From Octopus bimaculoides (Eukaryota), in NCBI RefSeq assembly GCF_001194135.2, contig NC_068995.1, positions 52,742,264 through 52,783,272 on the forward strand: a DNA stretch of 41,009 bases. The letters run 5' to 3'. The translations under genes were made by a program, and so were the position numbers. Numbering within the stretch: position 1 is the first letter of the stretch; every line of letters starts with the position of its first letter. This document shows, piece by piece, positions 23,935-35,835 of the stretch. The notes beneath the pieces were generated by a model. The model saw nothing but the letters and a program-made list of their open reading frames with translations, searched no databases and was not told the DNA's origin.

Positions 23935-24635
23935 CCACCTTTACCATCACAGGCACCACCACCACCACCAGCACCACAACCACCTACATCACTATCACCA
24001 CTGCTACTATTAATATCACCTCCATTGCAACCACCACCATAACAACAACCTCTTCTAGAATTTAGTACCGCTACCACCACCACCAATTTTTCCACCATGA
24101 CCTCCACTGCCACCACCATTACCACCATCTCCACCCCCACCGCCACTACCACTCAACAACAACACCCCCATAGCCTTCCTACTGCCTCTGAACCCCATAT
24201 CACCTTCACTAGTTTCACTTTTCCCACCTTCAACATTAACTCTTAAGATACTACCACACAAACCGCAATCACCACCACCACCACCACCACCATCACCTAT
24301 GCCACAGTTTCATCCTTCCCATCTATTAACATCAGCTCCTCCATACTGCCAAATCACACCATTCCTTGCCACTAACCACAACCAATACCACAAAAATCAA
24401 CAACATTACCACCACCACTGCCACCACCACCACCACCACCAGTATCAGCACAATTTCTTCTTCCCGCCTTTTAACATCAGCCCTGCCCACTCATGGTACC
24501 ACTGCCACTAGCCACAACCTACATTTACCATCAACCACCTCCACCACCACCACCACCACCACCACTATCACCACCACCATCAACCAGCACATCACCTCTA
24601 CCGCCACCACCACTCAGCAGCAGCAGCAGCAGCCA
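23935..24635. repeat. Degenerate (CAC/ACC)n low-complexity tract
   Basis: Direct reading; gives spurious poly-Thr, poly-His and poly-Gly ORFs. Confidence 0.9.
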
Positions 24636-25484
24636 GCCAGCCAACTGGCCAACCATCTCCTAACTAATCATATATTTGGCAGTAATAATAATGTTACTGA
24701 TTCCAAGCAATATGCTAAACTTCTCACTCCACCCTCTCTCTCTCTCTTTTCCTCCCTCCCTTTCTCTCTCTCTCTCTCTTTCCACTGAAGCAGAAAACAC
24801 AAAATCCAAGACAGTTTTTACATTTATTGCTTTCCATTGCTTCACAGGTTCTAATGAGCCATTACAAAATCACTGTCAAGTGGGCAACGTCTGTCTTCAC
24901 TGAACACCAAAAACTAAACCAACCAGACTCTAAACTGCATCACCACCACCACCACCACCACCACCATTATTTTTATTATTATTATTATTGTTGTTGTTGT
25001 TTTTATCTGGTAGAAGCTAACCACTCACGGCCAGGTCTACCCTCCTAACTACACTAAACATCGTTCATTTGCATAGCCATACTGAATCTAGCGAAAATGT
25101 CACTTGTTCATTCATCTCCTTCATTTTATTTCATTCAAACATATATATGCATTCATTCAATTATTCATTCATTCACTTATTCATTCAAATGAGAGAAGAT
25201 GATGGATGGAGAGGTGAGAGGAGGAATGGATACAACATTGTTTTCTTCTTTTTTTATGTTTTCGAAATTAGTGATTTTTTTTAATAGATGTTTTGCTTGT
25301 TTGCTTGTCTTATTTATTCTATTTCAGATTTTTTATTTCTTTACTCCTTCCTTCCTTCCTTTTTTATTTCTCCCTTTCTGTTTCTTTCTTCCTATTTTCT
25401 TTCCCTCCCTCCTTCCTTTCATTCTTTCTATCTGCCTTCCTTCCTTCCTTCACACACACACACACACACGCGCGCGCGCGTGCA

Positions 25485-25654
25485 TACGACAGACTCCTTT
25501 CAGTTTCTGTATACTGAATCCACTCACGGGGTGGAATATTGGTTGGTCCATGGCTATGGTAGAATCCATTTGCCTGAGGTGCCATGCAGCAGGATTGAAT
25601 CCAGAACCATGTGGTTGGGAAGCAAACACCTCACCACACAGTCACGCCTGCACC
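25485..25654 (-). mobile_element. SINE family B 5' half
   Basis: Reverse complement of the head at 22251; abuts a (CA)n/(CG)n run. Confidence 0.8.
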
Positions 25655-25867
25655 TAGCCACAACCAAAAATACATTTTCTGATAAATCTTTTTACTTTTT
25701 CCAAGACTATCGAATGTGTGTGATTTGAGGGAGATTTGACTACTGTTTCTAACAATTTGATAAACCATGCAGAGAATCCCATTTGTAGACATCAAACTAA
25801 AGTAATTACAATATGCTGATTAGAGCCAAATTCAGCATTCCATGAGTAAAATAGAATAATAATAATA

Positions 25868-26039
25868 ATCGTTTCTACTTTTGGCACAAGGTATGCAACT
25901 GGTACTTAATTTATCGACCCCCAAAGGGATGAAAGGCAAATTCGACGTCAGTGGAATTTGAACTCAGAACATAAAGACAGACAAAATACTGCTAAGCATT
26001 TTGCCCGGCGTGCTAACGTTTCTGCCAGCTCGCTGCCTT
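25868..26039 (-). mobile_element. SINE family A with internal deletion
   Basis: GGCACAAGG is joined directly to TATGCAACTGGTACTTAATTTATCGACCCC; the head is intact. Confidence 0.85.
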
Positions 26040-26342
26040 TAATGCAATAATGGTATTGATAATAGCAATGTTTTTTCTTTGTTTTGTTTTTTTTTCTCTA
26101 GCGTCAGCCTCTCCATCACTGCTTATGCATTTCTTGAGTTAGGTTTCAGTTATTTTGAAAATATCAAAAGTTGTCGAAGTTCTCAGGAACTGGGAAAGTT
26201 CAGCTAAGGGGCTGGGTCTGCAATACAATAGCGCCAAGTACACTTCAAAAGTCACAAACAAGAATAGGATGAGCTTTATAATGGCATGAGGCTATGGAGG
26301 GTACACGAGTACCCGGCAGTGGAAAACAAAACATTTAAGTGC

Positions 26343-26760
26343 AAATGATGAGGATGATGATGATGATGATGCCGGTGATGATGAGGGTGGTGGTGTTGGT
26401 ATTGGTGAGGATGATGATGATGATGATCATTGTGATGGGGAATGTAGTGTTTATTTGTGATTAAGATGAAATGATTGGAATAATTGAAACAATTTTGATA
26501 ATTATTGAGATGACAATGATGATGACGGTGATGATGATGATGATGATGATGACGATGATGACAATGATGATGATTAAGACAGATGAAAATGAGGGTGATT
26601 GCAATGGGTGTGATGATGACGGTGATGACAATTGTGATGAAAACGATGATTACGAACAAGATAATTGGGACACACGCAATAGAGATAATTATGCTACAGC
26701 TACTGCTGCTACTGATGATGATGATGATGGCGATTATGATGATGACAATATTCATGATGC
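26343..26760. repeat. Degenerate (GAT)n low-complexity tract
   Basis: Direct reading. Confidence 0.9.
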
Positions 26761-26959
26761 CCTGCTGTATAAACTAACCTTTAATTCTCAGGAACTGGTG
26801 TCTTTCAATGGCATTCCAACCAAACACTCTCTTGTCCCCTTCAACCTCCCCTTTTTCCTCTTCTGCTTCTTTTTTCTCCCCCTTAGTTGTAATTTTTCTT
26901 GATATCAACCATCCCAAGAGTTACAGAGATACACACACATACACACACACACACACACA

Positions 26960-27117
26960 CTCTTTTACTCGTTTCAGTCATTTGACTGTGGCCATGCTGT
27001 AGCACCACCATTAGTCGAACAAATCGACCCCAGGACTTATTCTTTGTAAGCCTAGTACTTATTTTATTGGTCTCTTTTGCCAAACCGCTAAGTTACGGGG
27101 ACGTAAGCACACCAACA
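26960..27117 (-). mobile_element. SINE family B 3' part
   Basis: Same tail as 18272. Confidence 0.88.
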
Positions 27118-27599
27118 GGAAATGAACTGGATTGTAGAGAATTTAGTACTTTAGTTTGCTGTGGACATGGTGCAGTGATTATGTGACAGGAACGAGTCAT
27201 TGACTCTTTGAATGGTTCCAGTCATCTGCACCAACTCTCACCAGTTTCAGTTTGTGTATATTAATTTTGACCCAAGACAGGATGTGATCGTTATCAGATA
27301 ATTACTTATTGGAATCAGGATGTGAGAAGCCATGAGAGACTGGAAGGCAGGATGGATGTAATAACTATGCGATAAATAATTAGATTTTGTTCTAACTGCA
27401 GGAATATTATGAAGCTTAGCATACTTAAAAAAACTGTATGTAAGGTAGCTGAATAGATAAACGCACAGGGCCAAACTTCCTTGCTGTGTTTTGTTATGTC
27501 ATTATAATATTTTTTTTAAGTTCAAGCCTCACCAGAGCTGACTTTGCCTTCCATTTTTCATTTACCCTTCCTTTTTCAGTAAAATAAAAACCAAATTGA

Positions 27600-27749
27600 C
27601 CCTTTTGTTACCAAATTTCTATTGAAAAGCACTGCCTTTGTTTCAATTAATATTGAAGAATTTAGTAAAATAATTTGTTATTATTAAGTTGGTGTTTGGA
27701 ACATAAATTAACATGAAAATTAAATGCAAGATTTTAAATTTAGATCAGT
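27600..27749. mobile_element. Truncated TTAA-type (piggyBac-like) MITE
   Basis: Starts TTGA|CCCTTTTGTTACC and shares GAATTTAGTAAAATAA..TGTT.GGAACA.AAATT with the adjacent MITE. Confidence 0.55.
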
Positions 27750-27753
27750 TTAA

Positions 27754-27974
27754 CTCTTTTGTTATTGTATTTATTTTTTGATGCTCTGTGTTTCTTTCAA
27801 TTTCTTTAAATACAAGAAAGAATTTAGTAAAATAACTTAGTTATCATTCAGCTAGTGTTAGGAACACAAATTGTGACCAAAGTTTGGTGGAAGATTTTAA
27901 TTCAGAATTTATGGAATCAAGACATTTGTACTACAGAGCCAGAGCCAGTTTCAGCTGGGTTGGTCATGAAAGGG
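27754..27974. mobile_element. TTAA-type (piggyBac-like) MITE
   Basis: TTAA|CTCTTTTG ... GAAAGGG|TTAA. Confidence 0.65.
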
Positions 27975-27978
27975 TTAA

Positions 27979-28170
27979 CCCTTTAGAGTTTAAACTGTCC
28001 ATATCCAGCCCAAATATTCTACCTGCTTTATGTTGCAACTGGTCAGATTGGGTATCTCATACCTATCCTATGATGTAATTCTAAAACTAAACAAGCACTA
28101 CATTGAAATCTCTGAAGTACAAGATAGTTTATAATTAATTTGAAACAATATGAATGAAAAAAAAAGGTAT
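27979..28170. mobile_element. Second-family TTAA-type MITE, truncated
   Basis: TTAA|CCCTTTAG start, sharing the TTAA at 27975-27978 with the previous element. Confidence 0.6.
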
Positions 28171-29399
28171 CGCAGGGGCAATGCATACTCTGCACACAGA
28201 TGGATATTTCTGCAAATTATAGTGTGGCTTACAATGCGTTACTTACCTATGCTTTTTAATTGAACTGAATAAATTTCTTTTTTAAATATCGCCATTATAG
28301 CTATTTATNNNNNNNNNNNNNNNNNNNNNNNNNNNNNNNNNNNNNNNNNNNNNNNNNNNNNNNNNNNNNNNNNNNNNNNNNNNNNNNNNNNNNNNNNNNN
28401 NNNNNNNNNNNNNNNNNNNNNNNNNNNNNNNNNNNNNNNNNNNNNNNNNNNNNNNNNNNNNNNNNNNNNNNNNNNNNNNNNNNNNNNNNNNNNNNNNNNN
28501 NNNNNNNNNNNNNNNNNNNNNNNNNNNNNNNNNNNNNNNNNNNNNNNNNNNNNNNNNNNNNNNNNNNNNNNNNNNNNNNNNNNNNNNNNNNNNNNNNNNN
28601 NNNNNNNNNNNNNNNNNNNNNNNNTAATATTAAGAACCAATAAGTTAAACATTATTACTGTGAATATTTTTTATCATTACCATTCTTAACATCATCATTA
28701 TTTTATTTTTCTTAAAAGACAAAAAAAAAAAGGGGGGGGGGGAAATCTTCATTCAAAGTAATTTATATTGAACAATTTTAACAACAAAAATCGATAAAGT
28801 ATGCTGCTTTGGAGAAGAATCCAAAGAAAGAAGTTTAAAATGTGAATAAAATAAAAACCATTCCAAAAAGTAACAAAAAAACTCTATGTAAGAGAGAGTA
28901 AAAGTATTCTACAGAAACCAAATAAAAACAATCAACAAAACAGAAATAGAAACACTTAATAAAAACAATAGAAGAAAATGACTAATGACTAATGGTAGTG
29001 TTATTTTCTGTTTAGTAGAAATCTCGAGCTAATTATTCTTCTACTTTTCCAATAAAAATAACATTTAAACGAGAAAGGTTTTCTTTCTTTCTGTAAAATA
29101 AAGTAGTCAATTATTCTGAGAATCACAGATGGCTCTGTTGAATTATCTTGGATTGGCAGAGTCATTAGAATGGTAGAGGAACTGCTTTGTAGAATTTAGC
29201 TATGGTTGTTTTCGTTCTCTGAGTTCAAATCTTGCTAGAGTTGACTTTTCTTTTTTTTTTTGTGTTTCATTGTTATGTGGTGGAAGCGGTTCCTGAAATA
29301 AGTGGTCTGAGGTGATTTGGACATTCAATGGCTGTTTTGGTGACTATACATTTTGGCCCTGGACGCTCACATACACACGTATGCATGCAGAGAAATATA

Positions 29400-29825
29400 T
29401 ACATGCAGATAGAGAAAGTAAAAGAGAAAGGGGGAGAGAGAGAGAGTGAGAGAGAGAAAGAGAGGGAGGGAGAGAGATAGAGAGTGTGAGAGAGAGAAAG
29501 CTAGAGAGAGAGAGAGGGAAACATTATATGCACATACAAACCATATACATACAAACATAATTAGAATTCTCACAAACAAAGAGAGAGAGAAAGGGAAGGA
29601 GAGAGAGAGAGAAAGGGAAGGAGAGAGAGAGAGAAAGGAGAGGGAGAAAGAAAGAGAGAGGAAGAGAGAAAAAGTTAGAGAGAGACAGAGAAAGGAAGAG
29701 AGAGAGACATTACACATACATTCAAACATAACTAGAATTCTCAAGAGAGAAAAATAGATAGATAGATAGATAGACAGATAGATAGATAGATAGATAGATA
29801 GATAGTGTGTGAGAGAGAGAGAGAA
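29400..29825. repeat. (GA)n/(GATA)n compound repeat
   Basis: Direct reading. Confidence 0.9.
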
Positions 29826-29999
29826 ATTAAGATGCATGAATCAGTGTTGAATCAGTGGTGCCAAATAAGCAGCACCAAAATGTCCCATATTGTCCCGTAT
29901 TCCAATGCCCAAATGTTCCATATTCTAAAATAAAGCACCAGTTAGGTACAGAGTTTATTCAATCAGTATTATACAATACTGTGTACAATTCGTTTGTGA

Positions 30000-30600
30000 T
30001 AGATAAGAAGAAGAATGGAAAGAAAGAATGAAAGGAGGAAAAGGAGGGGGAAGAAAAGAAAGAAAAGGAAGAAAAGAAAGAAGGGGAAGAAAAAGGAAGA
30101 GGAAGAAAAAGAAGATGATGATGATGATGAAGAAAAAATGGAAAAGAAGAAAAAGACAAATCGAAAAGAAAAAGACGACAAATGCAGAAGAAAGAGAAGA
30201 ATAAAGAAAATTCTGATGAATGAAGAAGAGGAATGAAAAAGACGATAACAGTAATGATGAAGAATAAGATGATGATGATGATGATGATGATAAAGAATGA
30301 AGAAGAATGAAAAAGATGATGGCAATGATGATGATGACAATAATGAAGAAGAAGAAGAGGAGATTGTAGTTGTTGTTGGTGATGATGAAATTGATAAATG
30401 ATGACAAATAAGCAGAAAACAGATTAAAATGATGAAGCAAATGAAAGGAAAATGGAAGAAGTTGATGACAATCACAAGAACAGCAACATAGAATTGGAAT
30501 GAGGGAGGAGGAGGAGACAAAGAAGACAACCATGATGATGATGATGAGGAGGAGGAGGAGGATGTACGAAGAAGTGGAGAAAAGGATGAAGATTATAATA
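30000..30600. repeat. Degenerate (GAA/GAT/GAG)n purine-rich tract
   Basis: Direct reading. Confidence 0.9.
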
Positions 30601-31209
30601 CTAATTCTTGTCCTGTTTCTTTGCTGTTGTTGTTGTGTGTGTGTGTGTGTGGTTTTCATGTCTATTTTTCATTGAAAGTATGAAGTAATGTTTAAGGCTG
30701 GCTTTAGTTTTAAACAACAACACCAGCAACAACAACAAAATTAAAAAAACAAGTTGGAGGACAATGAAATAATTTCTCCAGAAAATCAGTCATGAGTGCA
30801 TTTGAGTAAAAATCTAACGATGATTTGTAAATGTTTTACAGATTAATTAATTAAATTAATTAAAAATATGAACAACGCCACATTTCTTGTAATTACTTTT
30901 AGTTATTTATTTGTTTTTAATTATTGTTTTGAATTTTAGAAATTTTATATTTGGAGATTTTGAAAGTTTTGTGTTTGATGCTTCCAATTATTTAGCAATT
31001 GTTAATTCTCTAGTTTATTAAAATAATATCTCATTAACTGTGAGTTGTATTGTTGTCATTGATGATGTTATTGTTGTTGTCACTGTTGTATTGTTGTTGC
31101 TGATTAGCCCCCCGAGTCATCTCTGATCAAAGAGATATTTGATCAAAGGTGCTCCAACTATGTTTACCATCCTTGCTGTTCAAACATGGTATCCCCCCCC
31201 ACTCACCGC

Positions 31210-31550
31210 CAACTACATTGTCCTTTCTTTTCCAAGATGGTAAAGACTACATTATCAAATATATTCTTCCCCTTTTTGAGATAGTAAGAACTACATTGTC
31301 AAATGTATCCATACCACTAGCATAGCTAGAGGCAGGCACAAGGGGTAGCACCACATTTGGGTCTGCTGTATGCGACATGTATTTTTTTGTGGGGGCCTAG
31401 GCGCAACAAACTGAAGGGCTGCCCTGGGTGACACACACTCTAGCTATGCTAGTGATCTTTTCTTTTCTAAAACAGTAAGAACTACATTATTAAAAGAATC
31501 TTCCATTTTTTAAGATAGTAAGGACTACATTATCAAGTGTATTCTTCCCT
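31210..31550 (+). repeat. Short array of about 44-bp degenerate repeats
   Basis: CTACATT cores at 31213, 31247, 31291, 31482 and 31525; unit approximately AAGATAGTAAGAACTACATTATCAAATGTATTCTTCC. Confidence 0.75.
31315..31454. mobile_element. 140-bp MITE with perfect 17-bp terminal inverted repeats; superfamily uncertain
   Basis: CACTAGCATAGCTAGAG (31315-31331) / CTCTAGCTATGCTAGTG (31438-31454). No clean target-site duplication. Confidence 0.8.
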
Positions 31551-31685
31551 TATCTGTCCCTTACAGCTGTTTTGATTAGGTCTAATACATTAAGAAAATC
31601 ATTTTTTTAAGCAAAATATCAGAGGAGTAAAAAATAGATATGCCATGAGGTTTTTAAGTGTTATATTTTAGAATCATAACAACAG

Positions 31686-31724
<39 letters not shown>

Positions 31725-32138
31725 NNNNNNNNNNNNNNNNNNNNNNNNNNNNNNNNNNNNNNNNNNNNNNNNNNNNNNNNNNNNNNNNNNNNNNNNNNNN
31801 NNNNNNNNNNNNNNNNNNNNNNNNNNNNNNNNNNNNNNNNNNNNNNNNNNNNNNNNNNNNNNNNNNNNNNNNNNNNNNNNNNNNNNNNNNNNNNNNNNNN
31901 NNNNNNNNNNNNNNNNNNNNNNNNNNNNNNNNNNNNNNNNNNNNNNNNNNNNNNNNNNNNNNNNNNNNNNNNNNNNNNNNNNNNNNNNNNNNNNNNNNNN
32001 NNNNNNNNNNNNNNNNNNNNNNNNNNNNNNNNNNNNNNNNNNNNNNNNNNNNNNNNNNNNNNNNNNNNNNNNNNNNNNNNNNNNNNNNNNNNNNNNNNNN
32101 NNNNNNNNNNNNNNNNNNNNNNNNNNNNNNNNNNNNNN

Positions 32139-32175
<37 letters not shown>

Positions 32176-32343
32176 ATATATATATATAAATAAATATGTA
32201 TGTGTGTGTGTGTGTGTATGTAAGTGAAACTTTTAGTACAAACTGCAAATGACCTTAAAGCAAATTTCTGTTGTGTTTTTAATCACCAGTTATCGTTTGA
32301 GTTTTTGCTATTCATTTTTTGGGGAGGATATGCAACATTATCA

Positions 32344-32572
32344 ATGTTGTCAACAATAATATTATTCTTTTCTACTTCAGGCACAAGGCCTGAAATTTTG
32401 GAGGAAGGGGCCAGTCGATTAGACTGACCCCAGTGTGCAACTGGTACTTAATTTATCAACCTCAAAAGGATGTTGTTAATAATATTATTCTTTTCTACTC
32501 TAGGCACAAGGCCTGAAATTTTGGAGGGGCCAGTCAATTAGACCGACCCCAGTACGCAACTGGTACTTAATT
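32344..32572 (-). mobile_element. Tandem pair of SINE A 3' fragments
   Basis: Unit 1 is 32344-32469 and unit 2 is 32470-32572; both include the same flank. Confidence 0.85.
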
Positions 32573-32654
32573 TTGGCCTTGTCCAAAATTTGAAACCATT
32601 ACTATTATTATTATTGTTATTATTATTATTATTATTATGATTGTTATCATTATT

Positions 32655-32840
32655 GCCAGACAAAATACTTAGCAAATGTTTTTCTGGCTTTACATTCTGA
32701 GTTCAAATCCAGCTGAGGTCAACTTTGCTTTTCATCCTTTATAGGGTCAGTAAAATGAGTGTCACCTGAGCATTGGGGGTTGATGGAACTAACTAACCCT
32801 TTCCTCCAAACTTTCCGGCCTTCTGACTATAGCAGAATGG
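32655..32840 (+). mobile_element. SINE family A (degraded)
   Basis: GAGTTCAAATCC..GAGGTCAACTTTGCTTTTCATCC..AAAATGAGT, followed by an (ATT)n tail. Confidence 0.75.
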
Positions 32841-33212
32841 ATTATTATTATTACTACAATTCATCATCATCATCATCGTCACCATCATCATCCCCACTGC
32901 CACTATTATCACCCCATACCACCCCTGTCACCCGCACTACCACAACAACAATACCACTGCCAACACCACCACCATTCGCAGAGTCCCACTGGCAACAACC
33001 AGGCAAACAAGCAGGCCCTGCCTTGATGTGGAGGTAAGTAGTTAATCACTTCTCTAGTCAACAGCACTAGTGGAACCACATTGGAACAACTGACAAATGG
33101 TAAGTGCTAATGAGTCAATTGTCCTTTCAGACAATTATATATGGCATTTCTTCCACCATTTTTCCAGCTGCCATTCTAATACACCCTACAGCATGTAACA
33201 TACTGACCTTAC

Positions 33213-33248
33213 CGCTTTTCTACTTTGCATACAACATTTTAGACACGG
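33213..33248 (-). CDS. Candidate 36-nt coding micro-exon (PCLKCCMQSRKA, phase 0-0)
   Basis: Long pyrimidine tract TTTCGTTTTGCTTTTTTTCTTTCTTTCTATTAG, donor GCG|GTAAGG, length divisible by 3, only one frame open. Confidence 0.3.
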
Positions 33249-33382
33249 CTAATAGAAAGAAAGAAAAAAAAGCAAAACGAAACCATTCCATAGAGTTAAC
33301 ATCATGGCTTCTTTCACCTATATACATGCATACATACATATAAAGGGAGAGAGCGGGGAAAGGCACGTACACATACATACAC

Positions 33383-33444
<62 letters not shown>

Positions 33445-34021
33445 NNNNNNNNNNNNNNNNNNNNNNNNNNNNNNNNNNNNNNNNNNNNNNNNNNNNNNNN
33501 NNNNNNNNNNNNNNNNNNNNNNNNNNNNNNNNNNNNNNNNNNNNNNNNNNNNNNNNNNNNNNNNNNNNNNNNNNNNNNNNNNNNNNNNNNNNNNNNNNNN
33601 NNNNNNNNNNNNNNNNNNNNNNNNNNNNNNNNNNNNNNNNNNNNNNNNNNNNNNNNNNNNNNNNNNNNNNNNNNNNNNNNNNNNNNNNNNNNNNNNNNNN
33701 NNNNNNNNNNNNNNNNNNNNNNNNNNNNNNNNNNNNNNNNNNNNNNNNNNNNNNNNNNNNNNNNNNNNNNNNNNNNNNNNNNNNNNNNNNNNNNNNNNNN
33801 NNNNNNNNNNNNNNNNNNNNNNNNNNNNNNNNNNNNNNNNNNNNNNNNNNNNNNNNNNNNNNNNNNNNNNNNNNNNNNNNNNNNNNNNNNNNNNNNNNNN
33901 NNNNNNNNNNNNNNNNNNNNNNNNNNNNNNNNNNNNNNNNNNNNNNNNNNNNNNNNNNNNNNNNNNNNNNNNNNNNNNNNNNNNNNNNNNNNNNNNNNNN
34001 NNNNNNNNNNNNNNNNNNNNN

Positions 34022-34058
<37 letters not shown>

Positions 34059-35740
34059 TAGATATATATATATACATACATATAGTTTATACTTAAACAC
34101 AAGGTACCCTTTTATAACAATATAGCTGGAAAAATGTATGAGTTATTTTATTTTTATATTTCTAACCTAACTTATTGGTTGTTTCCACTTTGCTCTACCA
34201 CACATCTGCACAAATGCATAAAAATACACATAGATATACGCACGCATGCACACACACACACATGCACTTGTTAATTCACGTGATTATGGACGTACAGACG
34301 CACCTACCGACACATCTTAAACACACACCTGAATTGTATCATTGAATGATTGCTTCAATGACTTCCCAAGCAAAACAAAGAAATACTTTTACTATTGTAT
34401 GTCTGTTGAAGTGGAGTTGCCCTTTAAGACAATATATATATCAAACACACAGGCATACACACACAACCACATGTTCACACACGCACACACACGCACATAC
34501 ATGAATATATCTATGTTAATATAGAAACATACACATACTTATAATACATATATATACATATATATATGCATATGCATACATACAGACACATATACATATA
34601 TATGTATATAAGTACATTTACGTACATACTTATACACACATAAATATGTATGTAGGTATATATATATATATGCACACATATCCTTCACCTTTTTTACCTT
34701 TTTTTTGTTTCAATTATTAGACTGTGGCCATGCTGGGGCACCACACACACACATATATGTACATGCACGTTCACATATACATACTGCAAATTTATACATA
34801 CACACACACACATGTGCATGTATGTGTACATACATGCACATGTACATATATATACACACACATACAAATATATATATTTAAATACATATATACACATTTA
34901 TATATATATATATATATGTAATGACATAGGCAAGCACACATATACACACAAACACACACACACATATGCAAATATACATTTCAATCTACAAGTATGTGTG
35001 TGTGTGTATGGCATCTTATGTGAATATAGCTTTCTCTAACAAATCAGGACAAATGTACACACACACACTCTCTCTCACTTTCTCCTCTTTTCACCACCCT
35101 CTCCACTCACCCATACACAGCCCATATAACCAACTGTCATGCTGTTGACATTTACATTTTACAACAAATTTCTCAGAGTTTCTGAGATTTCTTTTGAAAG
35201 AAACATAAGGAATATTCTCTATTCAACTGAAATATCCATTCTTTGATAGATATTTAGACCAATCTCTAGCATTCCCTTAGCCTTGAGAGCCNNNNNNNNN
35301 NNNNNNNNNNNNNNNNNNNNNNNNNNNNNNNNNNNNNNNNNNNNNNNNNNNNNNNNNNNNNNNNNNNNNNNNNNNNNNNNNNNNNNNNNNNNNNNNNNNN
35401 NNNNNNNNNNNNNNNNNNNNNNNNNNNNNNNNNNNNNNNNNNNNNNNNNNNNNNNNNNNNNNNNNNNNNNNNNNNNNNNNNNNNNNNNNNNNNNNNNNNN
35501 NNNNNNNNNNNNNNNNNNNNNNNNNNNNNNNNNNNNNNNNNNNNNNNNNNNNNNNNNNNNNNNNNNNNNNNNNNNNNNNNNNNNNNNNNNNNNNNNNNNN
35601 NNNNNNNNNNNNNNNNNNNNNNNNNNNNNNNNNNNNNNNNNNNNNNNNNNNNNNNNNNNNNNNNNNNNNNNNNNNNNNNNNNNNNNNNNNNNNNNNNNNN
35701 NNNNNNNNNNNNNNNNNNNNNNNNNNNNNNNNNNNNNNNN

Positions 35741-35835
35741 TGATGTGTTTACATCCCCATAACTTAGCGGTTCGGCAAAAGAGACCACTGGAATAAGTAC
35801 TAGGCTTCCAAAGAATAAGTCCTGGGGTCGATTTG
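35741..35835 (+). mobile_element. SINE family B 3' part, truncated by family F sequence
   Basis: AACTTAGCGGTTCGGCAAAAGAGACC..GAATAAGTACTAGGCTT..AAAGAATAAGTCCTGGGGTCGATTTG. Confidence 0.88.

Noticed and set aside
33034-33130. Two plus-strand GTAAGT donors and a nearby acceptor
   Set aside because: The implied 31-nt intron is too short and the upstream frame is low complexity.
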